A model generated the notes under the pieces. That model did no database searches. It was not told the origin of the DNA and saw only the letters and a list, made by a program, of their open reading frames with translations. Of a stretch of 64,000 bases of DNA, positions 47,262 through 57,669 are shown in pieces. Position 1 is the stretch's first letter; each line of letters starts with the position of its first letter. The DNA comes from Eubacteriales bacterium (GTDB taxonomy: Bacteria; Bacillota; Clostridia; Oscillospirales; CAG-272). The stretch spans positions 7,060 to 71,059 of the forward strand of contig JAZRFY010000017.1 in the NCBI GenBank assembly GCA_045643885.1, written 5' to 3'. The position numbers and the translations under genes were made by a program.

Positions 47262-50138
47262 ATGAAAAAGAGAATTTTAGTAATGATCGCATTGATGCTT
47301 GTAGTGGCTATGTCACTTAGCAGCTGTCAGCTTCTCAACACTATCACTGATTTCTTCAGAGAAACATTCGGCAAAGAAGTTGCTTTGACAGATGCTCCCC
47401 TTAACGCAGAAATGCTCATTAACTTCGCAGACGGAGCAAATCCTGACGTTTTGTTCGAGTCTGACGGTTGGTCAAACGGTGACGTTTTCAACGTTGTTTG
47501 GAAATCACACAACGTTCACTATGAAGACGGCATTATGAGACTCGGTATCACCGAGGAAAAGGCAACAGCGTGGATCGATAATGCAGAGGTTGAATATAAC
47601 TATACTGCAGGTGAAGCACGCTCACAGAATTACTATCATTACGGTGATTATGAGGTTTCCATGAAGCCCTCTGCAAATCCCGGTACTGCAAGTACATTCT
47701 TCGTTTGCACAGGTCCTTATGACCTTAAGGACGGCGTTCCCAATGCACACGACGAAATCGACATCGAGTTCCTCGGTGACGACACAACACATGTTCAGTT
47801 CAACTTCTTCGTTGACGGCGTAGGTGGCAATGAATTTATGTACGACCTTGGCTTTGATGCATCCGAGGAATTCCATACATACGGATTCCGTTGGGAACCC
47901 AACGCTATCACATGGTTCGTTGACGGTGATCCTGTTTACAAGGTAACAACAGACGAGGTTGAAGAAGGCAAGAACCTTAATCACGTTGAAAAGCTCCCCT
48001 CCACAGCAGGTAGAATTCTTACAAACTACTGGTGCGGTAACGAAAGAGCTTGGGGTTGGATGGGCAAGTATGAAGGTGAACAGAACGATAACGGTACAAC
48101 ATATCAGTGGATCAAGACAAGTGCTGAAGGCGCTCCTCTTAATCCTCCCGTAGACGTTCCTCCCGTTGAGGGTGGTGACGAAATCGATTGGACAGCAATC
48201 GATCCTATCGCTCCTACTTTCGTAACAACACCCGAATATACAGTTGAAATCGATGGCAACAAGGCTAACGTAACTTATACAGACGTAAGCGGTAGCGCTT
48301 ATAAGCCTATTGAAATGGACGTAACAGAGGCAGTTGAAGGCAAGAACTTCGTACACCTTTTGGTTACAAATAATGGTACAGAAACAGTTAACGTTCGCGT
48401 TAATATGTACGATCCCACTCTCACAGGTAACAACACAGCATCCAACATCTCCGCTACAATGAACGGTGAAGCTGTAAGAACAGACCTTGAATGGGGTGGC
48501 TCATTCTTCGATATTCCCGCAGGTGAAACTGCAGAGCTCGTTGTACACTTTGGTGTTGGCGGCATTAAGCTTCAGCTTATGATCGACTCCTCCAGAAATG
48601 ACGGCGTTCTTCGTTCCGGTAACGTTACCATCGAAGATATCAAATTCACAGCAGTTGGTGAAGTTGAAGCTCCTCATAAGTGCGAGGACGCTGATGAAGA
48701 CGGCAAGTGTGACGGTTGTGGTGAGGATATGCCCATCGTTACTCCTCCTGCTGCAGATCCCGAATCCGGTAACCTTACATCCACAATCGGTGGTGTTGCA
48801 GTTCAGCTCGGTGGTAACGTAACAGACGGTTACGGTGTTCACGGTGACGAGGAAAACGGCACAATCAGAGTAGAATACACAAATATTTCTACAAATACAT
48901 ATGAAAACGTTTGGGCACAGATTTCTGAGGTTGCTGCAGGCAAGTCAGAGGTAAGCCTTAAGATTAAGAACAACGGTGAAGCAACAGCTTATATCACAGT
49001 TAAGATCGAGGCTGCAGGTGCAGTTGCTCTTATGGAAGGCAAGATGGAAATCCCCGCAGGTGAAGAACAGACATATACAGGCACATTTGAAGGTGTTGCT
49101 GATAAGCTTTACTTCTTCATCGACTCCGGTTGGAGCATGGAAACAACAACACACGCAGGTGAGGTTGTTATTTCTGAAATCGTATTCGCAGGCGAGACAG
49201 CTCCCGATGACGGTGGAGACGAGCCTCATCCCGAAAAGCCCACAATCGAATACACAGACCTTTACGTTGAATGGAAGACAGAAAACGCATACGTTATCAC
49301 AACAACAGATACATATGTAAATGCTGCCAGAATTTCTTATGAAGGCATGGCTCAGAATTCTTGGGCTAACGTAAATATGTGGGTAGAAGACAAGTCTGCT
49401 GATTGCTCAGTATTCAGCATGAAGCTCACAAACCACGGCGAAGCAACAGTTAGCGTTTGGGTACAGATGAAGGATGGCACAGGTGCTGAGCTCATCAACC
49501 AGAACGTTGATATCGCAGCAGGTGCAGAAGAGGTTGTAACATTCGACTATACAGGCACAGCTCAAATGATCTTCTTCTTCATCGACTCTACTCACGAGGC
49601 AGATGCAGAATCCAACACAGGTGATATCACAATCTCCGAAATCAAGCTTGGTAAGGTTGTTGAAGCCGAAGAAAAGCCTCCCGTACAGGAAGAGCTTAGC
49701 CTTGAATGGTGGACATCAAGCAATGATTATTCAGTAGAAGGCAATACAGTTAATTATAACGGTGCAGGTAACTCATATTCATGTGCAGGCGCTCCCATTG
49801 ATTCCTTGGCATCCGGCAAAACAACATTTACAGTAACTATCACAAACAACGGTGAATCCGATTCTCGCGTTCGCGTTGACATCCAGGGTACAGTGAGTGT
49901 AGGTAACCACGCGGTTATCAACACTGCTGCAACAGGTGGCGACGTTTGGACAGATGCTGAATGGGGTGGCTCAACTGTTACTGTTAAAGCAGGTGAGAGC
50001 GTAACTCTCGTTATCACATACGACGAAACAACAGAACGTGGTGCAGTTACAAATCTCGTGGTAATGGTTGACTCCGGCAGAGGTGTTGCTGATACATTTA
50101 ACAGCAGTGTTACTTTCTCCGCAATGAGCTTCCAGTAA
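47262..50138 (+). CDS. Multimodular GH16 beta-glucanase lipoprotein with four repeated C-terminal modules
   Basis: Lipobox LSSC, HDEIDIEFLG, LGFDASEEFH; four homologous beta-rich modules separated by Pro/Glu linkers. Confidence 0.88.
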   Translation: MKKRILVMIALMLVVAMSLSSCQLLNTITDFFRETFGKEVALTDAPLNAEMLINFADGANPDVLFESDGWSNGDVFNVVWKSHNVHYEDGIMRLGITEEKATAWIDNAEVEYNYTAGEARSQNYYHYGDYEVSMKPSANPGTASTFFVCTGPYDLKDGVPNAHDEIDIEFLGDDTTHVQFNFFVDGVGGNEFMYDLGFDASEEFHTYGFRWEPNAITWFVDGDPVYKVTTDEVEEGKNLNHVEKLPSTAGRILTNYWCGNERAWGWMGKYEGEQNDNGTTYQWIKTSAEGAPLNPPVDVPPVEGGDEIDWTAIDPIAPTFVTTPEYTVEIDGNKANVTYTDVSGSAYKPIEMDVTEAVEGKNFVHLLVTNNGTETVNVRVNMYDPTLTGNNTASNISATMNGEAVRTDLEWGGSFFDIPAGETAELVVHFGVGGIKLQLMIDSSRNDGVLRSGNVTIEDIKFTAVGEVEAPHKCEDADEDGKCDGCGEDMPIVTPPAADPESGNLTSTIGGVAVQLGGNVTDGYGVHGDEENGTIRVEYTNISTNTYENVWAQISEVAAGKSEVSLKIKNNGEATAYITVKIEAAGAVALMEGKMEIPAGEEQTYTGTFEGVADKLYFFIDSGWSMETTTHAGEVVISEIVFAGETAPDDGGDEPHPEKPTIEYTDLYVEWKTENAYVITTTDTYVNAARISYEGMAQNSWANVNMWVEDKSADCSVFSMKLTNHGEATVSVWVQMKDGTGAELINQNVDIAAGAEEVVTFDYTGTAQMIFFFIDSTHEADAESNTGDITISEIKLGKVVEAEEKPPVQEELSLEWWTSSNDYSVEGNTVNYNGAGNSYSCAGAPIDSLASGKTTFTVTITNNGESDSRVRVDIQGTVSVGNHAVINTAATGGDVWTDAEWGGSTVTVKAGESVTLVITYDETTERGAVTNLVVMVDSGRGVADTFNSSVTFSAMSFQ

Positions 50139-50228
50139 TAGCACACATTATTTGCTAAAAAGCAATAAATAAACAGCAAGGCGGCTGTCATTTGACAGCC
50201 GCTAAGCAATAGATTATAGGAGAAACCT

Positions 50229-53200
50229 ATGAACAAAAAAGAAAAATCAAAGGATAAAAGCCTAAACAAAGGTATAACCGGTCTTGCTATCGGTATGGCT
50301 GTGTTGTTCATTTTCACAATTGTGTTGAACACATTATCCCTTACAAAATTTGATAACATTTTTGAAAAATTCTTTGGCTCTACCGAGTCAGGTGTTAAGG
50401 GTGACACTCTTGGTGCCGACGTAGAATACTACAAGAGTGATTTCAACAGTGCAAGTGAGTTATACGCATATGAAGAAAAGAAGGTAGCCGAGATAGCAGA
50501 AGAGGGTATCACACTTTTCGAAAACAACGGTGTGTTGCCCCTTAAGGTCGGCACAACCATCAGTATCTTCAGCCATTCCTCCGTTGACCTTGTCAGTGGC
50601 GGTTCAGGCTCGGGATCGGGCTCATTCGAGCTTACAAAGGACCTTAAGGAAGGTCTTGAGAATGCAGGTCTTAAGGTAAATGAAACACTTTGGAACTTTT
50701 ATAAGAGTGGCGACGGCTCATCCTATAAGCGTGGCACAGGTGTTATCAATTACGGTGCAGACCTTGACTGGTCAATCAACGAATGCCCCTTGAGCGTTAT
50801 TACAGGCAACCGTGCGGTTATGAATTCACTTGACGGCACAGTGGCTATGTTCGTTCTCTCCCGTACAGGCGGTGAGGGTGGTGACGAGGCTCGTGATATG
50901 GCTGCATTTGGCGGCAAGTCAGGTCAGCATTATCTTGAACCCGACAAGACAGAGCTTGAAATAATCAAGTATCTTAACGAAAATTTTGATGACGTAATCC
51001 TTCTTATTAACTGTAACAATGCGATTGAGCTTGGTTGGGTAAAGGATTATGAAAATATCAGTGCAGTAATCAATTTCCCCGGTAGTGGTAGAACAGGTAC
51101 TTACGGACTTGGATATATGCTCACAGGCTATGATGCCGACGGCAAGGAAATATCTCCCTCCGGTCACCTTGTTGACACTTGGGTATACGATAACTTCTCA
51201 TCTCCTGCAATGCAGAATATGGGTGACTTCCGTTTCACAGGAACGGATTATTATTACGTAAACTATAGCGAAGGCATTTACGTTGGCTATAGATATTACG
51301 AAACAAGATATGAGGACGTTGTTTTCGGAAGAAGTAACGTTGGCTCATACGATTATGCATCAACAGTAACTTATCCCTTCGGATACGGTCTTTCTTACAC
51401 CAAATTCGAGTGGAGTGATTTCAGTATGAGTGAAGCAGACGAAAACGGTATGATAGATATCACCGTTAAGGTAACTAACGTCGGCTCTCGCACAGGTAAA
51501 GAGGTAGTTCAGATTTACGGTCAAGCACCCTATCTTGGCAACGTTGAGAAATCTTCAGTCGTGCTTGTAGGCTTTGCAAAGACTAATGATCTTGCTCCCG
51601 GTAAATCCGAAACGGTTAAAATCACTGTGGATCTTAAACATCTCACGTCTTATGACGTTAATGCAAACGGTGGCAAGGGTGGATATATTCTTGACAAGGG
51701 CAATTACTACATAACCGCTGCAAGCAACGTTCACGAGGCTCTTAACCTTATCATCAATGAAAAGGCAGAGCGCGAAGGACTCACACTTGATGCATCCAAG
51801 CTCGTTGAGGGCAAGCAGGACGATTCCTATGCTCGCGACGGTGAAAGCATGATAGGTGTTCATATTCAGGAAAATTATGATTCCACAACTTATTCTGTAG
51901 CCGATGAGGGCTTGCAGACAATCGAAAATCAGTTTAACGACTCCACTCTTGAGGATGCAGTATATCTTTCAAGAAGCAACTGGAGTGTCATGGAAAATGA
52001 AGGTCTTCGTTACGGAGATATCTCCTCTGTAAACAGCAAGGCAGAGGTTAACGGAAAGCAGTTCCAGGCAGAGGCATCAGCCGAGCTTTTGGAGGCGCTT
52101 AAATCATTCTACTCCCTCAATCCCGACGCAGGCAATGAGGCAATAGTTGAAGTGGCATTCGGCAAGGATGGAGACGTTGATTTTATCGACCTTCGCGGTC
52201 TTGCATATGACGATCCTCTTTGGGATGAGCTTCTTGATCAGATCACTCTTAAGGAGCTTTCCAAGCTTATCGACGAGTGTGGATATTGCTCACCTGAGAT
52301 CAAGTCCATCAATAAGCCCAAGGTAACCGACCTTGACGGCCCTGCAGGACTTAACGATATCATCGCACACGGCTCAATGCCCATCGGTGAAGGTCTTCAG
52401 GCTATGACGTGGCCCACACAGTATATGCTTGCATGTACATGGAACGTAACTCTTGCAGAGGAGATGGGTAGAGGAATTGCCGAGGATGGCCTTTATTCAG
52501 ATACTTGTGGTTGGTACGGTCCCGGAATGAATATTCATAGAACTCCCTTCGCAGGAAGAAACTTTGAATACTATTCAGAGGACGCTTTCATCTCCGGTGT
52601 GCTTGGTTATGCTGAGGTAAACGGCGCTGCTCAAAAGGGTATGTATGCGTTTATTAAGCACTTTGCACTTAATGACCAGGAAACGCACCGTGATGAATAC
52701 GGTCTTGCAACCTTTGCAGACGAGCAGACTATTCGTGAAATCTATCTCAAGCCATTTGAGATGACTATTATCGATAACACTGTGGAAATCGATTACAACG
52801 AGCCCATCAAGAACGATGAGGGCAAGATAATCGGCTATACTAAGAAGCAAACAACTGTTCCTGCAGCAACTGCTATTATGACGTCCTTCAATAGAATCGG
52901 CGCAACCTGGGCAGGTGGTCATTACAATCTTATCACCGAGGTTTTGAGAAATGAATGGGGCTTTAACGGCTTCGTTCTTACCGACTATGAGGTAGGCAGA
53001 GGCAAGGGTGCTTATATGGATACTATCCAGAGCCTTGCAGCAGGCGGTGACGGTAAGCTTAAAACAGTTGGTATGGATGCTCTCTTTGGATTCAATATCG
53101 CTCAGTATCCTGAATATCAGGAAATGGGTAAAGAGGCAGCTCACCACATTCTTTATACAGTAGTTAACTCTGCAGGTGCAAACGGATTCGTTCACGGCGT

Positions 53201-53351
53201 TCAGTACGTTAACGGATTTGCATACTACAAGATAATCCTTATCGTTTGGGATATCCTTGCAGTAGCTGCTCTTGTATATCTTGGTGTCAGAATCAAGAAA
53301 AAGCTCAAAATGCCGCGCGTTGAATCTAAATCAGACGAGGCAGAGGCTTAA
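50229..53351 (+). CDS. Membrane-anchored GH3 beta-glucosidase (permuted domain order)
   Basis: SR.GGEG, Y.EGIYVGYRYYET, YPFGYGLSYT, DGPAG, GRNFEYYSED, KHF, LRNEWGF.GFVLTDY; TM helices at both termini. Confidence 0.93.
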   Translation: MNKKEKSKDKSLNKGITGLAIGMAVLFIFTIVLNTLSLTKFDNIFEKFFGSTESGVKGDTLGADVEYYKSDFNSASELYAYEEKKVAEIAEEGITLFENNGVLPLKVGTTISIFSHSSVDLVSGGSGSGSGSFELTKDLKEGLENAGLKVNETLWNFYKSGDGSSYKRGTGVINYGADLDWSINECPLSVITGNRAVMNSLDGTVAMFVLSRTGGEGGDEARDMAAFGGKSGQHYLEPDKTELEIIKYLNENFDDVILLINCNNAIELGWVKDYENISAVINFPGSGRTGTYGLGYMLTGYDADGKEISPSGHLVDTWVYDNFSSPAMQNMGDFRFTGTDYYYVNYSEGIYVGYRYYETRYEDVVFGRSNVGSYDYASTVTYPFGYGLSYTKFEWSDFSMSEADENGMIDITVKVTNVGSRTGKEVVQIYGQAPYLGNVEKSSVVLVGFAKTNDLAPGKSETVKITVDLKHLTSYDVNANGGKGGYILDKGNYYITAASNVHEALNLIINEKAEREGLTLDASKLVEGKQDDSYARDGESMIGVHIQENYDSTTYSVADEGLQTIENQFNDSTLEDAVYLSRSNWSVMENEGLRYGDISSVNSKAEVNGKQFQAEASAELLEALKSFYSLNPDAGNEAIVEVAFGKDGDVDFIDLRGLAYDDPLWDELLDQITLKELSKLIDECGYCSPEIKSINKPKVTDLDGPAGLNDIIAHGSMPIGEGLQAMTWPTQYMLACTWNVTLAEEMGRGIAEDGLYSDTCGWYGPGMNIHRTPFAGRNFEYYSEDAFISGVLGYAEVNGAAQKGMYAFIKHFALNDQETHRDEYGLATFADEQTIREIYLKPFEMTIIDNTVEIDYNEPIKNDEGKIIGYTKKQTTVPAATAIMTSFNRIGATWAGGHYNLITEVLRNEWGFNGFVLTDYEVGRGKGAYMDTIQSLAAGGDGKLKTVGMDALFGFNIAQYPEYQEMGKEAAHHILYTVVNSAGANGFVHGVQYVNGFAYYKIILIVWDILAVAALVYLGVRIKKKLKMPRVESKSDEAEA

Positions 53352-53366
53352 TTAAATAAAAAACAA

Positions 53367-53402
53367 ACCGAGCTTGGCTTGTGCCAAGCTCGGTGCTTTT
53401 TG
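53367..53402. terminator. Bidirectional terminator
   Basis: ACCGAGCTTGGC-ttgt-GCCAAGCTCGGT between GH3 and GT2. Confidence 0.8.
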
Positions 53403-53403
53403 T

Positions 53404-54420
53404 TTAGTTGAATCTGACTATTTTATTAGCCAATCTATAGAAAAATGTTGAAAGAGCGCGACCAAATTTTCCGTGAATGCAAATAATGCTCAGGGGAGTG
53501 AAGTGTCTGAAGTGACGTCCCCACTTTTTATCGTGCTTTTTGCAATTGTCCCACATTTTTTCAAGATCGGCATCGGACTTATCGGTATTGTTTAGTCTTG
53601 TGAACATGATTGAGATGCCAAACATCATAAAAAGCTCGTGCTTCAAATATTTTTTAAGCATCTTCTCCTTGATTTCATCGATGTGGAATGCTTCAAAGCT
53701 CTTTTCGGTAACGAGAAGCTGATGTGTATATCTGTTTTTCATCACGTTTTCTTGAACGGATTGGTCAGGTCTGCCTATCCAATAACGGTAGAGATCGTGG
53801 GGAAAATAGTACATTCTTTCAACGCGGGGAAGAGTCTTGCATACCATAAGGTTATCCTCGTAGAACACCTTTCTTGGAAGAGGCTCGTGCCATTTCTTCA
53901 TATGCTCAAGTCTGAAAGTACATGAGTGGATAGTGAGCATTTGGTGAAGGGCAAAGGGACGTGTTTCGCTCCAGGAAAAGATTCTGCTTTTTGGGAGCGC
54001 GTTTGAATAATCGATGGATCTGTCACCGATCCCGTCAGTATGTACGTAGAAATAATTGCTTACGACAAGGTCAGCGCCACCTTGATTTTCACACTCCTCA
54101 AGCGCGTCGAGGAAGGCAGGGAAGTCGGAGCTTAGGGTATCGTCACTGTCAACGACCTTGAAATATATGCCCGTTGCATTATTAACACCTTGATTTATGC
54201 CCTCTCCATGACCACCGTTCTCCTGATGAACCACCTTGACGATGTCGGGGTGCTTTTCGGCATATGAATCTGCAATCTTGCCCGTGTTATCGGATGAGCC
54301 GTCATTTATTATGATGATTTCAACTCTATCTCCTCCCAAAAGAAGACTGTTGATGCAATTTTCCATATAGTCCTGCGAGTTATAGCAGGGCACTGTAATA
54401 CTCAAAAGCTTTTTACTCAT
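53404..54420 (-). CDS. GT2 glycosyltransferase
   Basis: LSITVPCYN, INDGS.D, ENGGHG, VDSDD, FYED, YWIGRPDQSV. Confidence 0.92.
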   Translation of the reverse strand: MSKKLLSITVPCYNSQDYMENCINSLLLGGDRVEIIIINDGSSDNTGKIADSYAEKHPDIVKVVHQENGGHGEGINQGVNNATGIYFKVVDSDDTLSSDFPAFLDALEECENQGGADLVVSNYFYVHTDGIGDRSIDYSNALPKSRIFSWSETRPFALHQMLTIHSCTFRLEHMKKWHEPLPRKVFYEDNLMVCKTLPRVERMYYFPHDLYRYWIGRPDQSVQENVMKNRYTHQLLVTEKSFEAFHIDEIKEKMLKKYLKHELFMMFGISIMFTRLNNTDKSDADLEKMWDNCKKHDKKWGRHFRHFTPLSIICIHGKFGRALSTFFYRLANKIVRFN

Positions 54421-55516
54421 AAAGCTCTCCTTCCATAGTGTCAAGTGCTGACAATATTACTGCGTCCATATCGAAATATCGATACTGACCAAGTCTGCCA
54501 CCGAATATTACGTTGCTTTCATTACCTGCAAGGGATTTGTATTTTTCATAAAGAGCATTGTTTTCGTCGTCGTTGACGGGATAATAAGGCTCTTTACTTA
54601 CTGTCCATTCCTGGCTATATTCCCTGGAAATAACAGTCTTCTCTTGCTCACCGAAAACAAAATGCTTGTGCTCGATGATTCGTGTGTAGGGCACGTCGAT
54701 ATCGGTATAATTTATTACGGCATTGCCTTGATAATTTTTTATATCCAGAGCTTCGGTTTCAAATCTTACGCTTCGATAATTTAAAGGGCCATAGCAATAT
54801 TCAAAATACTCGTCGATAGGTCCTGTGAAAATTATTTTTTTTGCAAGAGAGGAAAGCTCGTTGCGATTTTTAAGATAATTCGTATTGAGCTGTACCTCGA
54901 TGCCATCAAGCATCTTTGCTATCATTTCGGTGTATCCCTCTTTGGGAATGCCTTGATATGCAGCATTGAAATAGTTGTTATTGAACGTAAATCTTACGGG
55001 CAATCTTTTAATTATGAATGAGGGAAGCTTGTCGCAAGGACGTCCCCATTGCTTTTGTGTATAGCCCTTGATGAGCTTTTCATAGATGTCCGTACCAACA
55101 AGGCTGATTGCTTGCTCCTCAAGATTTTTGGGCTCTGTAATGCCTGCAGCCTCTCTTTGCTTTGCAATTATTTTCTCTGCCTCAACAGGAGTTGTCACTC
55201 CCCACATCTTATTGAAGGTGTACATATTGAAGGGGAGGGAATATAATTCGCCCTTGTAATTGGCAACGGGGGAATTTACGTAGTTATTGAAATCTGCAAA
55301 ACGGCTTACGAAATCCCACGCCCTCTTACTATTGGTGTGAAATATATGAGCGCCGTATTTGTGCACTTGGATTCCTTCAACGTCTTCGGTATAGATATTG
55401 CCTGCGATATGGTCTCTTTTATCTATCACAAGCACACTCTTGCCCGAATCGGTCAACACGCGAGCACACGTTGCTCCGTAAAGACCTGCACCGACGATGA
55501 GATAATCATATTTCAT
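54413..55516 (-). CDS. glf: UDP-galactopyranose mutase
   Basis: VGAGLYG, HIAGN, HKYGAHIFHT, YQGIP, TRIIEHKHF, EPYYP, GRLGQYRYFDMD. Confidence 0.95.
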   Translation of the reverse strand: MKYDYLIVGAGLYGATCARVLTDSGKSVLVIDKRDHIAGNIYTEDVEGIQVHKYGAHIFHTNSKRAWDFVSRFADFNNYVNSPVANYKGELYSLPFNMYTFNKMWGVTTPVEAEKIIAKQREAAGITEPKNLEEQAISLVGTDIYEKLIKGYTQKQWGRPCDKLPSFIIKRLPVRFTFNNNYFNAAYQGIPKEGYTEMIAKMLDGIEVQLNTNYLKNRNELSSLAKKIIFTGPIDEYFEYCYGPLNYRSVRFETEALDIKNYQGNAVINYTDIDVPYTRIIEHKHFVFGEQEKTVISREYSQEWTVSKEPYYPVNDDENNALYEKYKSLAGNESNVIFGGRLGQYRYFDMDAVILSALDTMEGELYE

Positions 55517-55527
55517 ATTGTTAAGCC

Positions 55528-56838
55528 TCAATTCTTTTTAGGTATTGCTATTTTTATGTCAAACCAATTGCTGTCTGTGTTGATGTAAACTGCGCCGTCA
55601 TATCGGTCGGCAGTGTATTTTATACTTTTGATTCCGTATCCGTGATATTTGGTGTCGTCCTTTGTGGTGAGATATTCTTCGCCGTCGGTTTTGAGAATAC
55701 CCTCGAAATAGTTTTCTATTCTGATCATCACAAAATCGTTTAACTGTGATACGGTAACGTGGATAAGTCTTTTTTCCTTGTCATCGATTCGCATTACGGA
55801 TTCTATTGCGTTGTCGAGCGCGTTTCCGAAAATGTTGCAGATGTCAACAACCTCCATAAAATCAAGCAAGGTGCCGTCTGCAACGCTTGTCATAGTGATT
55901 CCGTGCTTGTAGCAATAAAGACTTTTTCCTGTGAGGATGGTGTCAAGAACGGCATTACCCGTCTTGTTTTGAAGCTCAAAGCTCTTGATATCCTTTTCAA
56001 GCTGATCGAGAAATTTGTTTCTCTTGTTGGCATCGGTTTCACTTCTCAAGAACTGTATCTGGTGCTTAAGATCGTGATATTTCATGTTGATAACGTCGAT
56101 GCTTTCTCTTGACTGCTTGTACTGTTGATACTGTGTTTCAAGAGTTTTTTGTACTGCCTCAAGCTCACGCAAAACGGAGGTGTTATAGCAAGAAACGTAA
56201 TGTGCGTAGAGAACTGCCACACCCGCAAGGTCGACAAGAGTTCTGACGTTTGCAATCTCGCGTGAATACTGACCGCTGACGATACCGGGATCAGTGATAA
56301 ATCGAAGATTACTGAATCCGAACACGACTGTTATGATGAAGAGGGCAACAAAGCAATCTCCTCGACTTATAGGGACGTTTCTGCTAAGCGCCATCTTTTT
56401 GCTGAACAAACGGTATTCGATGAGCATTATCAAGCCGTATATAGCTATGATCAATCCAATCTCTACCCAAATGGGAATGTTGGGTACATTGTATATAAGG
56501 TTGACTATCTGCCAATCAGTTGATGCCATAAGCTCTGCAACTGAGAAGGCAATTACGGAGAAGAATACGCTTTTTGTGTAATTCACTCCTGCGCCCAAAT
56601 AGATGAATGCCGTCATCATCAGGAATGCAATAAGCATGCAAGGGAGCCACATCCAAATAACGATATTGGCAGTCAACTCCATAAATACGATAAGCACGAA
56701 AAGATACAATGCCGAGCAAAGAGCGAGCTTAAATCCCTTGATTTTGGGCTTTAAGAGGATAACCATCATAAAGCAGGACAACCACTCGGCAAGTGCCGTA
56801 TATATTCTGGGAATATCGGGTATTACGTTAGTGGTCAT
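55528..56838 (-). CDS. Membrane GHKL histidine kinase (AgrC-like, HATPase_c_5)
   Basis: About seven TM helices, YHDLKHQ, TGN.VLDTIL, IFGNALDNAIE, HGYGIKSI; ATGA overlap with the regulator. Confidence 0.9.
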   Translation of the reverse strand: MTTNVIPDIPRIYTALAEWLSCFMMVILLKPKIKGFKLALCSALYLFVLIVFMELTANIVIWMWLPCMLIAFLMMTAFIYLGAGVNYTKSVFFSVIAFSVAELMASTDWQIVNLIYNVPNIPIWVEIGLIIAIYGLIMLIEYRLFSKKMALSRNVPISRGDCFVALFIITVVFGFSNLRFITDPGIVSGQYSREIANVRTLVDLAGVAVLYAHYVSCYNTSVLRELEAVQKTLETQYQQYKQSRESIDVINMKYHDLKHQIQFLRSETDANKRNKFLDQLEKDIKSFELQNKTGNAVLDTILTGKSLYCYKHGITMTSVADGTLLDFMEVVDICNIFGNALDNAIESVMRIDDKEKRLIHVTVSQLNDFVMIRIENYFEGILKTDGEEYLTTKDDTKYHGYGIKSIKYTADRYDGAVYINTDSNWFDIKIAIPKKN

Positions 56839-57563
56839 TTCATCACCTCTCCCCAATACTGTGCAAGTGCTTCCATAAATTCCTTTTTACGACCGCGGCT
56901 TAAGGGAACTATCTTGCCACCCTTGAGTCTTGCGCAGCCGTCCTCAAGACCGTCGACCTGCTGAAGATTGATAATGTACCATTTGCTTCCTCTGAAGAAG
57001 TGGAATGGACGCAACACCTCTTCGGTGTCCTTCATTGTGCCCGAGGCGATATATTCGCCCGTCGTTGTGTGATATATTATGTCGTGGCCTTGACTTTCAA
57101 TATAATATATAGTGCTGATATCCAAACGGACAGAGCCACCCTTAACGGAGATGACAACGCTCTTTTGCTCGCGTTTTTTCATTCTTCCGATAGCTCTTGC
57201 AAGTCTTTGAGAGAACGCAAAATATGACACGGGCTTTAATACGTAGTCAAGTGCCTCAACTGCATAGCCGCGAATGGCATACTGTGGCATATTGGTGATA
57301 AAGATGATAACAACGTCCTTGTCCACCTTGCGAATCTCCTCTGCGGCGGACATGCCGTCCATAAATCGCATTTCAACGTCCATAAGGATGATGTCATACT
57401 GGGAGTGATAATCCTTAACTATCGCGTCACCGTCAAAATAGGTTTTGATATCAAAGCTTTCAGAAAATTCGCCACGATAACGGCACAAATAGTCCTGGAG
57501 CTGATTTGCATAGTTGATGTCATCTTCAACGATTGCTATTCTGATATTGTCGGTTGATTTCAA
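56835..57563 (-). CDS. LytTR-family response regulator
   Basis: IAIVEDD, ILMDVEM..MDGM, IFIT, DYVLKP, IYYIES..H, PLSRGRKKEF. Confidence 0.93.
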   Translation of the reverse strand: MKSTDNIRIAIVEDDINYANQLQDYLCRYRGEFSESFDIKTYFDGDAIVKDYHSQYDIILMDVEMRFMDGMSAAEEIRKVDKDVVIIFITNMPQYAIRGYAVEALDYVLKPVSYFAFSQRLARAIGRMKKREQKSVVISVKGGSVRLDISTIYYIESQGHDIIYHTTTGEYIASGTMKDTEEVLRPFHFFRGSKWYIINLQQVDGLEDGCARLKGGKIVPLSRGRKKEFMEALAQYWGEVMK

Positions 57564-57638
57564 GTTGTTTCACCTCCCACAATGATACTTATTCCATTAT
57601 AACACATAAAAATCTATTTTTCAACAATTATATAAAAT

Positions 57639-57666
57639 AAAAGCACACCGTAAAGGTGTGCTTTTT
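57639..57666 (-). terminator. Intrinsic terminator
   Basis: AAAAGCACACC-gtaaa-GGTGTGCTTTTT just after the stop of 57670-60876. Confidence 0.8.
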
Positions 57667-57669
57667 GAT

